A stretch of DNA of 64,000 nucleotides. Origin: Paramecium tetraurelia. Lineage: Eukaryota. This document shows positions 63,089-64,000 of the stretch, piece by piece (position 1 is the stretch's first letter; each line of letters starts with the position of its first letter). The position numbers and the translations under genes were made by a program. The notes beneath the pieces are model-generated. The model ran no database searches, had not been told where the DNA came from, and saw nothing but the letters and a program-made list of their open reading frames with translations. Location of the stretch: contig CT868035.1 in assembly GCA_000165425.1 (NCBI GenBank), positions 62,001 through 126,000 on the forward strand, written 5' to 3'.

Positions 63089-63673
63089 TCAAAGAGAGCC
63101 TTTAAGTTTATTAGTATCATTTCTACTATCATAAGGATGAAAAAATTTCATTAAGTCATCATCTTTCATTTAATCAATGTATTCATTATCATTATACTCG
63201 CTTTTGTATATAGAACTAATTTTTAAGTCTTTGTTTTTAATGCTGATCTAATTTTTGGATCTATTGTTGTTTCTGAGTTATCACATAATAGATGATTAAT
63301 TATATATTTAAATAAACGAATGACTGAAGTATCCTAAATTTAGAATATAAATGAAATTACTTAAGAGCTAATTTTAATCTCTTCTAAAGAACTATTTGAA
63401 TTATCTTTTAAAAACTATTTGATTGCAAATAACATAATTGCTGATATTTTAGATTTAGAAATATGTCCATTGAATGGTTCCAACAATGGAAATGCAATTG
63501 ATTTGATTCCCAAGGTCACTGCTAATTGGAGGCAGTTAATTATGCATTCACATTTTATCAGTATATATATTAACTCCATCTATTTATTACCTTAGACCCT
63601 CTTGAAAAGATTCGGTTTTTTAAAAATCAGTAGAACCATTAGTAGTATATGAATGTTTAGGCATCATCATCAT
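63089..63673 (-). pseudogene. Macro-domain-like fragment
   Basis: CIINCLQLAVTLGIKSIAFPLL resembles the C-terminal half of a macro domain. The N-terminal half is not recognisable and the frame breaks near 63166. Confidence 0.35.
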
Positions 63674-64000
63674 ATTATTGGTTTGAAAAGAACATTTTTT
63701 TTTTGAATTACAAATAAAGTAAAAAGAGATGAAATAGTTACTATTAAATTTGGATAATAGAGTCAGTAAACCTTTAAATCCAAGGATTTCTTCAGTTCTT
63801 GTAAAAGAACCAGTTTAAATTTGAAATTGTGTGAAGAATGAGCGTTAAGAACGACTCGAATATATAGTACACACTAAAAGATTTCTTATACTTATTTATA
63901 ATTGGATAGGGAGAATTAATAGCTAAATTTGAAATAGAAAGAAAAATATTTATAGAACATATCATCACAATTTAGAAATTCGATGATAAGGATGCAACAG

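Noticed and set aside
1..64000. Apparent mass pseudogenisation from frequent TAA/TAG codons
   Set aside because: TAA/TAG sit at Gln-compatible positions in conserved proteins (H2A AGLQFPVGR, PMCA FIQFQLT). This is the ciliate genetic code, not decay.
1..64000. CRISPR arrays, rRNA, tRNA, transposase or phage genes
   Set aside because: No repeat-spacer array, cloverleaf, rRNA-like block or transposase motif was recognised by eye. A tRNAscan-SE/Infernal run would be needed to exclude small RNAs.

Overview
This is AT-rich, gene-dense ciliate DNA, most consistent with a Paramecium macronuclear chromosome. TAA/TAG read as Gln throughout conserved proteins, TGA is the only stop, and genes carry tiny 20-30 nt GT..AG introns. 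The supplied standard-code ORF track is therefore fragmented and largely misleading. Re-reading by hand in the ciliate code gives about 24 intact or nearly intact genes. They include RPL37, an LSD1-type zinc-finger microprotein, an LRR protein, a ~2000-aa Cys-rich multipass surface protein, a dsRBD plus DZF/NTase-fold-like protein, two PG-repeat (STPG/ODF3-like) proteins, a JHY-like protein, an AGC kinase, PRIM2 and a TM9SF protein. Further along are a tandem triplet of hybrid histidine kinases, a soluble-type adenylyl cyclase with STAND and PH domains, a RING membrane protein, a PMCA Ca2+ pump, a WD40 protein, an NIF/SCP phosphatase, an H2A.X-like histone, a C2-like protein and a CNBD channel. 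Several decaying pseudogenes are interspersed. The most notable observations are: (1) one of the three histidine kinases has an intact ORF and receiver but has lost the phospho-His and ATP-binding motifs; (2) its stop codon overlaps the ATG of the next gene; (3) the N-terminal-dsRBD/DZF-like protein; (4) a 26-bp TA-bounded IES-like insertion in a pseudogene; and (5) a channel whose K+ filter reads NVGLGL. All calls come from manual translation and motif recognition; no database searches were run.
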